A DNA stretch of 64,000 bases from PVC group bacterium (GTDB taxonomy: Bacteria > Omnitrophota > Gorgyraeia > B26-G9): contig JAAEQR010000142.1 of the NCBI GenBank assembly GCA_024231215.1, positions 36,593 to 100,592 of the forward strand, written 5' to 3'. The notes beneath the pieces were generated by a model. That model was not told the DNA's origin. It ran no database searches and was given only the letters and a program-made list of their open reading frames with translations. The translations under genes and the position numbers were made by a program. Of this stretch, positions 1 to 9,065 are shown one piece after another. Every line of letters starts with the position of its first letter. The stretch's first letter is position 1.

Positions 1-1
1 T

Positions 2-2581
2 TTCGGGCCGGTTAAGGATTTTACTTTTCCGCAAAGTTTTTATGAAAAGGGGTTTAAACGAGCGGCTTTTCAGGCTAAGAGAAATAAGACGCCATCGGCT
101 TTTGGTTATGGGAAAATTTCTCTTAATGCTAAAGAAGATTTCTCAATGGACAGCCTGACGGGGTATGCCCAGGATGAGAAGCATTTAAGGAATCTTATCC
201 AAAAAGCTCAATCCAAAGACTTTTTAAAAAAGAAATATGATGAAAACCGGATGACACAGGAAAGATTACAGCACAATCTTTTTACTATTAGTGACGATGT
301 TATTTATAATTGCTATTGTGAGCAAACCTATTTGGATAATGTTTTAAGAGGAGGGTATCCTCTCTCAATCAAGGCAAAGGATAAGTCTTTTATTTTTCAT
401 GTCTACTCACGTAAACATGGAGATTTAGAAAGAGATTATAATAATTTTCTGACCGAGCCAACATATTTTTCCCAGGGAAATGGTAATTTTCGTGATGTGA
501 ATCAAAACCAAAGAAATGATGTTTGGTTTAACACGCAGGTTAAAGAGAATAATGTTGTTAAATTTTTTAATCTTCTACAGTTAGATGGGTTTAATCCGCT
601 GGTGGTAATCGGAACACGTTTTAAATTGAGAAGTGAAAAAATATTTGAAGAACATGCATCTGTATTTAAGAAAAAGAGTGATTTTCAGAAAGTTGTAGAC
701 TTTGCAAAGAAAGATTTTGTCCCCGGAGGATTGTTTGGCTTTTTAGATGAAAATAATATTCATTTAGCTATTAGCAATGAAAAGTTTTTGGAAACGCTTC
801 TTTCTTGTTGTGAACAAAAAGCAAATGCTGAGCATGGTGATGGTTTTTGGGTAGATCACTGGACTTATAATATGGACGCGCTGGAGTCATATTTAGCTAT
901 ATATCCGGAAGGTCTTGCTGATTTGCTTCTTAAACGGAAAACTTTTGTGTTTTTTAATAACTTTGTAAAGGTCAAACCCAGAGATGAAAAATACGTTCTT
1001 TTTGAAGGTAGTGTAAGACAGTATCGTTCTGTGTCAATGGAGGAAATGCAAGAAGATTCTCATATCAGTCATACGATTAAAAAGGATGACTGGAGAGTTC
1101 GTACAGAGTACGGAAAAGGCAGTGTTTATAAAACCACGCTATTGGTAAAAATTATTTGTTTAGTTGCAAATAAAATGGCTTCTTTTGATCCTTTTGGCTG
1201 CGGTATTGAAATGGAAGCGAATAAACCGGGCTGGTATGATTCTCTTAACGGTTTGCCTGGACTTTTTGGCTCATCAACTTGTGAAACAATGGAACTAAAA
1301 CGCCTTATTTCTTTTGTTTGTGAATCTCTTGATAGTCTAAAAGTTGAGGACAAAAATTCTTTAGTTATCCCCGAAGAAATATATGATTTTTTTATTGGGG
1401 TGGAAAACTTTGTAGATGCTTATTTAAAAAGCAAAAAGGTTACTAGGGATTCAATCTTTAGAACCAAAACGTATACGCTTAAAGAGATGTATCGTAAAAA
1501 GATACATGATGGGTTAAGTGGAACAGAGCAGAGGTTGAGTGTCGGAACCTTAAAATCAATGTTAAGAAAAATGGAGCAGAAGGTTGCTTGGGGAGTTAAA
1601 AAGGCCAAGGATAAGAAGAGCGGCTTGTTTCACACTTATTTTATTAATGAAGTTACGGATTATGAAAAGATTAAAAACCCACAGGGTAGTGGGTTTAAAA
1701 CCAGCCAGGACGGATTGTTTTGCGTAAGACCGAAGAAGTTCAAACAGGTACCGCTACCGCTTTTTCTTGAGGGGCAGGTGCATGCTTTACGGATAGCGGA
1801 GAAAAAAGATTCAACAAAGAAGCTTTATCAAAACACAAAGAAAAGCCTTCTTTATGATAAGGCTCTGCAAATGTATAAAGTTAATGCTCCTCTAAAAAGA
1901 ATGAGTGAAGAAATTGGGCGGGCGAGGATTTTTACTCCAGGATGGCTGGAGAATGAATCTATATGGCTGCATATGGAATATAAGTTTATATTAGAGTTAT
2001 TGCGGAATGGCCTGTATGATGAGTTCTTCGCTGAATTTAAAAAGGTGTTGATCCCGTATCAGCCGGCAGCACGTTACGGAAGAAGTGTTCTTGAAAATTC
2101 TTCTTTTATAGTTAGCAGTGCTTATCCGGATAAAAGACTACATGGAAATGGCTTTGTCGCACGCTTAAGCGGTTCAACAGCAGAGTTTGTGAATATGTGG
2201 CTGTGGATGAATGTGGGGCTGAATCCATTCCGCTTAAACAAAGACAAAAAGCTTGAGCTAGAGTTTAGCCCGATTTTACCTGCTTGGATGTTTACTAAAA
2301 AAGATTGTTCTTGTAAATATTATCCTAAAAAAGGGAAGGCAAAGACTGTTAATCTGGGTAAAAATGATTATGCATTTAGCTTCCTGGGAACAACTCTGGT
2401 GATATATCATAATCCAACCAGAAAAGATACCTTTGGCAAAAATGGAGTTCAAGTAAAAAAGATAAAGCTCATAGGCTCTGATGGGAAAATTGTAACACTT
2501 GATAGCCCTATAATTCCTTCGCCTTATGCCGAGCAAATAAGACAACTGCAGTATGCAAAAATAGAGATTGACTTAGGATGA
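2..2581 (+). CDS. Large conserved hypothetical protein, 5'-truncated at window edge (at least 860 aa). Possibly an (alpha/alpha)6-barrel glycosidase/phosphorylase-like fold, but this is unresolved.
   Basis: The frame of the 146..2581 ORF stays open back to nt 2 with no stop, so the gene starts upstream of the window. Motifs GDGFWVDHWTYNMDALESY and KPGWYDSLNGL faintly recall six-hairpin glycoside hydrolases. No firm family assignment is possible by eye. Confidence 0.6.
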   Translation, partial: FGPVKDFTFPQSFYEKGFKRAAFQAKRNKTPSAFGYGKISLNAKEDFSMDSLTGYAQDEKHLRNLIQKAQSKDFLKKKYDENRMTQERLQHNLFTISDDVIYNCYCEQTYLDNVLRGGYPLSIKAKDKSFIFHVYSRKHGDLERDYNNFLTEPTYFSQGNGNFRDVNQNQRNDVWFNTQVKENNVVKFFNLLQLDGFNPLVVIGTRFKLRSEKIFEEHASVFKKKSDFQKVVDFAKKDFVPGGLFGFLDENNIHLAISNEKFLETLLSCCEQKANAEHGDGFWVDHWTYNMDALESYLAIYPEGLADLLLKRKTFVFFNNFVKVKPRDEKYVLFEGSVRQYRSVSMEEMQEDSHISHTIKKDDWRVRTEYGKGSVYKTTLLVKIICLVANKMASFDPFGCGIEMEANKPGWYDSLNGLPGLFGSSTCETMELKRLISFVCESLDSLKVEDKNSLVIPEEIYDFFIGVENFVDAYLKSKKVTRDSIFRTKTYTLKEMYRKKIHDGLSGTEQRLSVGTLKSMLRKMEQKVAWGVKKAKDKKSGLFHTYFINEVTDYEKIKNPQGSGFKTSQDGLFCVRPKKFKQVPLPLFLEGQVHALRIAEKKDSTKKLYQNTKKSLLYDKALQMYKVNAPLKRMSEEIGRARIFTPGWLENESIWLHMEYKFILELLRNGLYDEFFAEFKKVLIPYQPAARYGRSVLENSSFIVSSAYPDKRLHGNGFVARLSGSTAEFVNMWLWMNVGLNPFRLNKDKKLELEFSPILPAWMFTKKDCSCKYYPKKGKAKTVNLGKNDYAFSFLGTTLVIYHNPTRKDTFGKNGVQVKKIKLIGSDGKIVTLDSPIIPSPYAEQIRQLQYAKIEIDLG

Positions 2582-2608
2582 GTGTGCTTTAAATAAAAGG
2601 GGAAGGTT

Positions 2609-2932
2609 ATGCAAAAAACAAGCGAAAAGGATTCAGCTTTTTCATTTGGAGATCACGGAGTGAAAACTCTTTTTAGCGGTACTGGATGTGAATTAGGAAT
2701 GCAGGTTTTGAAGATAGACGGAGAATCCGGAGTTTGTCTTAATAAGAAGGGAGAACAAACCATATTGCATGTTATTGAAGGCACTGGAACCATTCGTGTC
2801 AATGATGCTTTTGTATCTGTTGCTGCCGGTGATACTGTCCGGGTTGAGGAAGGGGAAATGCATAATATTATCTGCACCGGAGTTGAGTTGAAACTTGTAT
2901 ACTTAAAATGTGTTTATTCAGTCTCTGCTTAA
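2609..2932 (+). CDS. Cupin-domain protein
   Basis: Small beta-barrel signature GTGTIRVNDAFVSVAAGDTVRVEEGEMHNI is typical of cupin_2. An RBS-like GGGGAAGG lies upstream. Confidence 0.6.
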   Translation: MQKTSEKDSAFSFGDHGVKTLFSGTGCELGMQVLKIDGESGVCLNKKGEQTILHVIEGTGTIRVNDAFVSVAAGDTVRVEEGEMHNIICTGVELKLVYLKCVYSVSA

Positions 2933-2951
2933 TTTTATAGATGACTTTTAT

Positions 2952-4025
2952 TTATGTTTTTATATAGGAAGTTACATATTTACGCAGTAACTCTTTATGG
3001 GATTTGCTCATTTTTGTTTTTGCCAATGTTGTCTCAGACTGATCCAGAAGTCTTTTAATCTCATTTTTTGACGTTTGATATGCTCCGGTATTAGTAATTA
3101 TTTTTCTGATTTTTTGGAGATCAGCGTATTTTAATTTTTCATTCCCCAAGCAAGACTGTATGAATTTGCGTTCATCCCGAGAGCATCTTTTAAAAGCAAG
3201 AAATATAGGCAGTGTTTTTTTTGATTCTATGATATCACTTAAAACCGATTTTCCAATCACCTTGCTTTTTTCGAATAGTCCGATAAGATCATCCTGTATT
3301 TGAAAAGCTTCCCCTAGATATTCTCCATATTCAGCCAGAGTATTTGCTTCGGATATGCTTCCTCCGGCAAGTATGCAGCCGCAAAACAGGGGTGATTTAA
3401 ATGTATATTCTGAAGTCTTAAGAATATAATTTAAGCGGATATCACTTTTTTTTATGCAGCTAATATCAATCAACCCATTTCTTATATCCTTAAATTCTCC
3501 TGCACCGGTAAGTACAGTAGCTCTGATAAATGCTTTAAGCGCTGTTTGCATGTCTTTTGGGGGAGTTTCCAGAGATAGAAAAGCATCTATTGCCATAGCA
3601 TAAATAATATCTCCGGCAACAATACTTAAATCTTGGCCGATTTTTTCCGATTGTCTAAGTGCGCGTTGGAATATCTTGTGCAGGGTAGGCTTACCTCGTC
3701 TGGTATTTGAATTATCGATTATATCGTCATGGATAAGTAGAAAATCATGTAATAATTCAAAAGCAACGGCTGTTTTTAAAAGTTGACTGGTTATTCTCTT
3801 TTTTCTGGAATATCCAAGATAGGAAAGGGTGAAAAAAGTCGGCCGGATTCTTTTTCCGTCCCGTAGGACAAAATCCTTTATTCCACTAACGAGTAAAGAA
3901 TCAACCCGAGACAGCCGGTATTCATTCATTTTCTCCTGAACATAGCTTTTTAAAGTAGTATTGATTTTTTGTTTTAAGTCTATAAACATATGAGTTATGC
4001 TACCACAACCTGATTTTTTTAACAA
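2952..4025 (-). CDS. Polyprenyl diphosphate synthase (trans-isoprenyl diphosphate synthase family)
   Basis: First Asp-rich motif LLHDFLLIHDDIIDNSNTRRGKPT and second motif FQIQDDLIGLF are both present. The ORF track start is a TTG at 4025. An alternative ATG start is at 3989 (MFIDLKQ...). Confidence 0.85.
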   Translation of the reverse strand: MLKKSGCGSITHMFIDLKQKINTTLKSYVQEKMNEYRLSRVDSLLVSGIKDFVLRDGKRIRPTFFTLSYLGYSRKKRITSQLLKTAVAFELLHDFLLIHDDIIDNSNTRRGKPTLHKIFQRALRQSEKIGQDLSIVAGDIIYAMAIDAFLSLETPPKDMQTALKAFIRATVLTGAGEFKDIRNGLIDISCIKKSDIRLNYILKTSEYTFKSPLFCGCILAGGSISEANTLAEYGEYLGEAFQIQDDLIGLFEKSKVIGKSVLSDIIESKKTLPIFLAFKRCSRDERKFIQSCLGNEKLKYADLQKIRKIITNTGAYQTSKNEIKRLLDQSETTLAKTKMSKSHKELLRKYVTSYIKT

Positions 4026-4088
4026 TAATTAATTGAAAAAATCTAAAAGTATGTTATGATTAAAAGACCAAAAAAGGAGGGTAAGAAT

Positions 4089-4388
4089 ATGCTGGATAAG
4101 TTGAAAAACATGTTTGAAGCACAAAAGAAAATGAATGATATCAAAAAAGGCCTGGAAAAGGTTACGGTAGAGCATGAGGTTATGGGAGGAAAGATAAAAG
4201 TTTCTATGTCAGGCACCCAACAGATTCTCTCTGTAGACATAGACGATGAATACTTATCTGCAGAAAAAAAAGGTGTGCTCCAGAGATCCCTTGTAGAATG
4301 TCTTAATGGGGCTTCTGAAAAGGTCCAGAAAGTTGCGGCACAGCAGTTAAAGGCATCTATGGGAGACTTAAATATCCCGGGGCTCTAA
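4089..4388 (+). CDS. ybaB: Nucleoid-associated protein YbaB/EbfC
   Basis: MLDKLKNMFEAQKKMNDIKKGLEKVTVEHEVMGGKIKVSMSGTQQILSVDIDDEYL matches the YbaB family. A strong SD AAAGGAGGG lies 9 nt before the ATG at 4089. The track ORF start at 4056 is probably a 5' over-extension. Confidence 0.85.
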   Translation: MLDKLKNMFEAQKKMNDIKKGLEKVTVEHEVMGGKIKVSMSGTQQILSVDIDDEYLSAEKKGVLQRSLVECLNGASEKVQKVAAQQLKASMGDLNIPGL

Positions 4389-4402
4389 ATATACTAAATA
4401 CT

Positions 4403-4675
4403 ATGAGTATAACCCAAGTTCATATATATTATTCCGGCAGAGTGCACGGTGTGGGGTTTCGTTATACGGCTGAACGTATTGCGGCTAGTTGGGGTGTTGC
4501 CGGCTGGGTGCGTAATCTGCCGGACGGACGGGTTGAATTGGTTGCAGAAGCAGAGAAAAACAAGCTAAAAGGCTTCACAGAAGATTTAGAAGCTACAATG
4601 CATGCTTATATAAGAAATACCGATGTATTCTGGGAAGATGCAGAACAAGTAAAAGGTTTTACGATAAGATTCTAG
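4403..4675 (+). CDS. acyP: Acylphosphatase
   Basis: VHIYYSGRVHGVGFRYTAERIAASWGVAGWVRNLPDGRVELVAEAE contains the acylphosphatase signatures. Confidence 0.85.
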   Translation: MSITQVHIYYSGRVHGVGFRYTAERIAASWGVAGWVRNLPDGRVELVAEAEKNKLKGFTEDLEATMHAYIRNTDVFWEDAEQVKGFTIRF

Positions 4676-4877
4676 GGTATTGATCAATATATTTGTAATG
4701 TTGGCAGTGTGGGACAACCCAGAGACAGAAATTCACTTGCTAGCTATTGTATTTTTGACACGAAAAAAAAGCTTGTGGAAATAAAAAGGATTAGTTATAA
4801 TATAAAGCAAGCTCAGGATAAAATAAGGAGAGTTATAATTTGCCGGATTTTCCGGCAGATAGATTAAGTCAAGGACG

Positions 4878-5366
4878 ATGAAAAATATAATAAAAATAGT
4901 ATTAGTTTGTACAGTTATCCCGGTTTTTCTCTGTGCTTATAGGACTACTGATAGAGAAGAAAATGTGACTCAAAAATCAGAAGTTCCTACTACCCCTATT
5001 GTTGAATACGAAACAATCCCCCAGAACCACCAATCTCCCGAAGAATTGTATCTACATTATCATCTTATTATCGTAACCTCACTTGAAGAAGCGTCTACTA
5101 CTTTGGATGATAACCAATTTTGGGCATATGGGATGGGAACAAATGCATATCACTATTTAGAGCTACTCTGTGAACTTTTTAGTCCAGAGTATCAAAACAA
5201 ACTTACTCAGATATCCGAAAGTATTGCTGCCGCAACAGCTTATTTAAAAAAAGACAATCTAACCCAGATCCAAAAAAACAGGGTTAAACAAAAACTTAAG
5301 GATACAGCAAAAGTTTTGGATCGTGAGTATTCTTATGCTAAAATTGAAAACTGGTTGCAAAAATGA
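4878..5366 (+). CDS. Hypothetical secreted protein with N-terminal signal peptide
   Basis: Hydrophobic N-terminus MKNIIKIVLVCTVIPVFLCA. No recognizable domain. Confidence 0.5.
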   Translation: MKNIIKIVLVCTVIPVFLCAYRTTDREENVTQKSEVPTTPIVEYETIPQNHQSPEELYLHYHLIIVTSLEEASTTLDDNQFWAYGMGTNAYHYLELLCELFSPEYQNKLTQISESIAAATAYLKKDNLTQIQKNRVKQKLKDTAKVLDREYSYAKIENWLQK

Positions 5367-5953
5367 TTCTAAAATCAATAGCTGTTGGAGATTTGCAGGC
5401 AAATTGTTATATATTAGGTGATGAGCAGAGTAAAGAAGGGATTTTAATTGATCCCGGGGATGAGCCGACAAGAATAGAATCAGAATTAAAAGCAACGGGA
5501 ATATCATTAAAAGCTATTATTTTAACCCATGGTCACTTTGATCATACAGGTGCAGTAAATGCTTTTGATATCCCGGTATATCTGCACAAAGACGATGAGC
5601 GATTCTTAAGAATTAGCCTCTTGGGAGAAGATGTTATCGGAAATATCGACCAGTTGCAATTCTTAAACGATGGACAAAAGCTAAATTTTGGAACACTTAC
5701 TTTACACATAATACATACGCCGGGACATTCTCCCGGGGGCATTTGCTTACAGGTAGAAAATATTTTGTTTAGTGGCGATACACTGTTTGCTCAGGGAGTA
5801 GGCAGAACTGATTTACCGGGTGGTTCTTATCAGCAGCTATGTAGTTCACTTAAACATAAGTTGTTTATATTGGATGAGCATACAATTGTCTATCCCGGAC
5901 ATGGGCCACAAACAACAATAGGTGAAGAAAAAACAGGGAATTTTTACCTATGA
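5363..5953 (+). CDS. MBL-fold metallo-hydrolase (glyoxalase II-like)
   Basis: LTHGHFDHTGAV is the HxHxDH motif. Downstream metal-ligand HTPGHSPGG and GDTLF are present. There is an ATGA overlap with the upstream gene. Confidence 0.85.
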   Translation: MILKSIAVGDLQANCYILGDEQSKEGILIDPGDEPTRIESELKATGISLKAIILTHGHFDHTGAVNAFDIPVYLHKDDERFLRISLLGEDVIGNIDQLQFLNDGQKLNFGTLTLHIIHTPGHSPGGICLQVENILFSGDTLFAQGVGRTDLPGGSYQQLCSSLKHKLFILDEHTIVYPGHGPQTTIGEEKTGNFYL

Positions 5954-6474
5954 ATTTAACACGTAGAGAGATATTATTGTCTTTTATCTATCTTATTGTT
6001 GTAATTGGAATTGCATTATATTTTTTCTTTTACAAGTTTTTGTTTATTCGTCATAATAAAGTAAATACCCAAATAACATCTGTAGAAAATGCCCTGACAA
6101 AGATGAATTCGATTATGGCCAGCAAATCCATAGTCGAGAAAGAGTATAGTGTTTTTGAGAAAAAGCTATCTTCAGAAAAAGTAAAACAAACAGCCTCTAC
6201 GGAAATCTTGCAGGATATAAAAACAAAGGCAGCACAAGCCGGATTAAATGTTATTAATATAAAACCCTTTTTGTTGAAAAAAGAGGGGTTATACGGAGCG
6301 TTTGATTTTAAGTTAGAAACCGAAGGTACTCTTAAAAATATAGGTCAATTTCTATATAATCTTGATGATTCTCCGTATTTATTTACAATAAAGTACTTAC
6401 AAATGAATGCCCGGACTCAGGGGGAGCATTTGCAGGTACAGCTAATGTTAAGTGCTATTTTGGCGAAAGAGTGA
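5950..6474 (+). CDS. Pilus/T2SS assembly protein, PilO/GspM-like
   Basis: N-terminal TM helix, then a coiled-coil segment, then a small C-terminal alpha/beta domain. Lies directly upstream of the PilP-like and secretin genes with ATGA start overlap. Confidence 0.45.
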   Translation: MNLTRREILLSFIYLIVVIGIALYFFFYKFLFIRHNKVNTQITSVENALTKMNSIMASKSIVEKEYSVFEKKLSSEKVKQTASTEILQDIKTKAAQAGLNVINIKPFLLKKEGLYGAFDFKLETEGTLKNIGQFLYNLDDSPYLFTIKYLQMNARTQGEHLQVQLMLSAILAKE

Positions 6475-6478
6475 TATA

Positions 6479-6979
6479 ATGGGGGAAAAGATTACCACGA
6501 TTCCATATAAGCATCTACAGTGGTTTAATATTTTCAATATACTGCTTGTAGTATTTGCAATATTATTTGCCGGAGGGCTTCTTTGGCTGCAGTTTTTTTC
6601 CGAACCAAATATAGTTTTTAATTTTCGGCATCAAAACAGCATGTCTGAATCCGTGACGGGAATGAAATTCCTGAAAAAGCCCATGGATTATTATGAACGC
6701 ATTTTATCCCGCAAAAGATTATTTGTAGCACAGCCCGGGGTAAAACGTATTAAAAAGACAGGCCTATCTATGAGCCTGGATGTACTACTAGATGAGTTGC
6801 AATTGCAGGGAATTGTATCTGGGCCCCAAGGACCACAAGCTATTATTTTTAATGCAAAAACAAATCGTTCGCATTATTGTCAAGGCGGAGAAACAATTGG
6901 TGGCTTTATAGTAAAGGAAGTGCTACCTGATAAAGTAGTATTAGATAGAGATAACGAAGAGGTTGAATTGAAATTATGA
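6479..6979 (+). CDS. Pilus assembly protein, PilP-like
   Basis: N-terminal TM segment. C-terminal beta-sandwich-like region GIVSGPQGPQAIIFNAKTNRSHYCQGGETIGGFIVKEVLPDKVVLDRDNEEVELKL is typical of PilP. Stop overlaps the secretin start. Confidence 0.45.
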   Translation: MGEKITTIPYKHLQWFNIFNILLVVFAILFAGGLLWLQFFSEPNIVFNFRHQNSMSESVTGMKFLKKPMDYYERILSRKRLFVAQPGVKRIKKTGLSMSLDVLLDELQLQGIVSGPQGPQAIIFNAKTNRSHYCQGGETIGGFIVKEVLPDKVVLDRDNEEVELKL

Positions 6980-8478
6980 AATTCAAGATCATATGTTTAG
7001 TGCTTATATTCATGACTCTTACTGTCTCAGGATTACAGGCAGAAGATGCTACATCTTTACACATCAACTTAGATGTTAAAAATATGAGCATTATCGATGT
7101 ATTAAGATTATTAGCGGAACAGGGACAGGTGAACATTGTTGCCAGTAAAAATGTTCAGGGTCGAATCACGGCTAAATTACAAGGTATAACCGTAGAAGAA
7201 GCTTTAGGGGCAATTTTAGATGCAAATAACTTTATTTACAAAAAAGAAAATAATATCATAAAAGTGTATGCCCGGCAGGATATTTTGCAGCAGGAACAAA
7301 CCGAGAAATTAGTAAGCAGGGTATTTTTGCTTGTTCATATCAAGGCCACTGATTTTAGGCAAGTATTAAATTCCATAAAATCTGCAAGAGGACGAGTAGA
7401 AATTAATACAGTTTCTAATCAAGTAATTGTAACTGATACCTTGGAAAAGATGGCAGAAATAGAACAAATAATAGCCGATTCTGATATGAAAATGGTTACA
7501 AAAATTTATAATTTAAATTATGCTGATGCAAATAGCCTAAAAGATAAGCTTATAGAAATGATTCCGAAACAAGCCGGGGATGTTTTTGTTGATGAACGTA
7601 CAAATGGTATTGTTATAAGAGCAGTTTCAGAAACGATTGAGAAAGTTGATTTACTGATGCAAAGCTGGGATAAGCGTTCTTCCCAGGTATTGATTGAAGC
7701 AAAAATATTAGAAGTATCTTTAGATAAAACAAAAGGACTGGGAGTTAGCTGGGAATATCAATCAAGTTCCAATAACGATGCTACCAGTCTTTCTGCTAGT
7801 TTGCCGGCAAGCATAAGCGGCGGGGGCATTTTTAAGGTAGGAACATTAACACAAGATGAATATACAGTAACCATACAAGCGCTGGAAAGTTCTACTAATA
7901 CAAATATCCTATCCAACCCCAGGATTGTAGTGGTTGACAATACCGAAGCAAATATTTTAGTTGGAAGTGCGGAACCATACTTAGTTACTTATATTGACAA
8001 AGAAACTAATACCCAAACAGAAGAAACTAAATTTATTGATGTCGGAGTAAAGTTAAATGTTACTCCTAAAATCAGCAAAGACGATTATATTACCTTAAAG
8101 ATTCATCCAGAAGTAAGTTCTGCCAGAAGAGTAGCTGAAGTCAATAACGCTCTGGCGGTAGATACAACCCAAGCTGATACAACTGTGGTTGTGAAAAACG
8201 GACAAACCATTGTAATGGGGGGATTAATAAAAGACACCTCGTCAAAAGTCCAAGCCAAAGTTCCAGTTTTAGGTAGTATCCCGATTATCGGTTTGTTTTT
8301 CAGGAGTCACGCTACTGCAAAAATCAAGAAGGAAATAGTAGTTTTTATTACTCCTCATATTTTAGAAAACAGCGAAACTAGGATAACAGTTGGTGATAGA
8401 GAGCAGGCAATGAAACAAGCTATCCAGGAGGCTGCTAATAAATGGGATGAATGGGAAGGAGAAAAAGATTATGAATAA
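6976..8478 (+). CDS. pilQ: Secretin family outer-membrane channel (type IV pilus PilQ / T2SS GspD-like)
   Basis: Signal peptide plus an N0-like domain. C-terminal secretin core NPRIVVVDNTEANILVGSAEPYLVTY...VKNGQTIVMGGLI...VPVLGSIPIIGLFFRS. Confidence 0.85.
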   Translation: MKFKIICLVLIFMTLTVSGLQAEDATSLHINLDVKNMSIIDVLRLLAEQGQVNIVASKNVQGRITAKLQGITVEEALGAILDANNFIYKKENNIIKVYARQDILQQEQTEKLVSRVFLLVHIKATDFRQVLNSIKSARGRVEINTVSNQVIVTDTLEKMAEIEQIIADSDMKMVTKIYNLNYADANSLKDKLIEMIPKQAGDVFVDERTNGIVIRAVSETIEKVDLLMQSWDKRSSQVLIEAKILEVSLDKTKGLGVSWEYQSSSNNDATSLSASLPASISGGGIFKVGTLTQDEYTVTIQALESSTNTNILSNPRIVVVDNTEANILVGSAEPYLVTYIDKETNTQTEETKFIDVGVKLNVTPKISKDDYITLKIHPEVSSARRVAEVNNALAVDTTQADTTVVVKNGQTIVMGGLIKDTSSKVQAKVPVLGSIPIIGLFFRSHATAKIKKEIVVFITPHILENSETRITVGDREQAMKQAIQEAANKWDEWEGEKDYE

Positions 8479-9037
8479 TATAACACAAAGAGTGTGCGGA
8501 TTTTTTCTATTTATACTGGGCTGTGCTTTAATTATCCCGGGGATAGATTGTTATGGTATTATGCCGGCCCGAAGTCTGGAAGATATTACTCTTGCAGCAG
8601 ACAATATTGTTGTTGGCCAGGTTTTAGCTACTAACACTCTCTGGAATCAGGATAAGACTTTAATTGTTACCGAAGTAAAAGTATCTATTAGTGATGTAAT
8701 TAAAGGAGATTTTACGCAAGAAGTTTTAACCGTAGAATTTATCGGAGGGGAAATTGGAACAATAGGATTAAAAGTTTCAGATACTCCGGAGTTTCAGGCA
8801 AACGAAGAAATTGTGCTTTTTTCCAATAATATTAAAGATCGTCCTTTGGTGCAGAAAATCACGGGTAGGACTCAGGGTAAATGTAAAGTACAGGAAAATT
8901 TGGTTTCAAATATAAAAGAAGTTACAATAGCAGGCGGAAAAAAAGTTGACGATAACGGTCAAGTGTTTACGGAAGCATCAAAAACTATTCCATTAGATGT
9001 GTTTATTAGCGAAATAAAAGAGGTGCTTGTTAAGTAG
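8471..9037 (+). CDS. Hypothetical exported protein
   Basis: Hydrophobic N-terminus ITQRVCGFFLFILGCALIIPG. No recognizable domain. The start is ambiguous between 8447 and 8471. Confidence 0.45.
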   Translation: MNNITQRVCGFFLFILGCALIIPGIDCYGIMPARSLEDITLAADNIVVGQVLATNTLWNQDKTLIVTEVKVSISDVIKGDFTQEVLTVEFIGGEIGTIGLKVSDTPEFQANEEIVLFSNNIKDRPLVQKITGRTQGKCKVQENLVSNIKEVTIAGGKKVDDNGQVFTEASKTIPLDVFISEIKEVLVK

Positions 9038-9065
9038 CTCCGAGGAATAAGAGAGGAGGCATATA

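Noticed and set aside
4676-4877. Possible regulatory element in the 200-bp gap before the 4878 gene, with hairpin GCCGGATTTTCCGGC at 4843-4857
   Set aside because: Short 6-bp hairpin without T-tract and no clear promoter hexamers. Insufficient evidence to call a feature.
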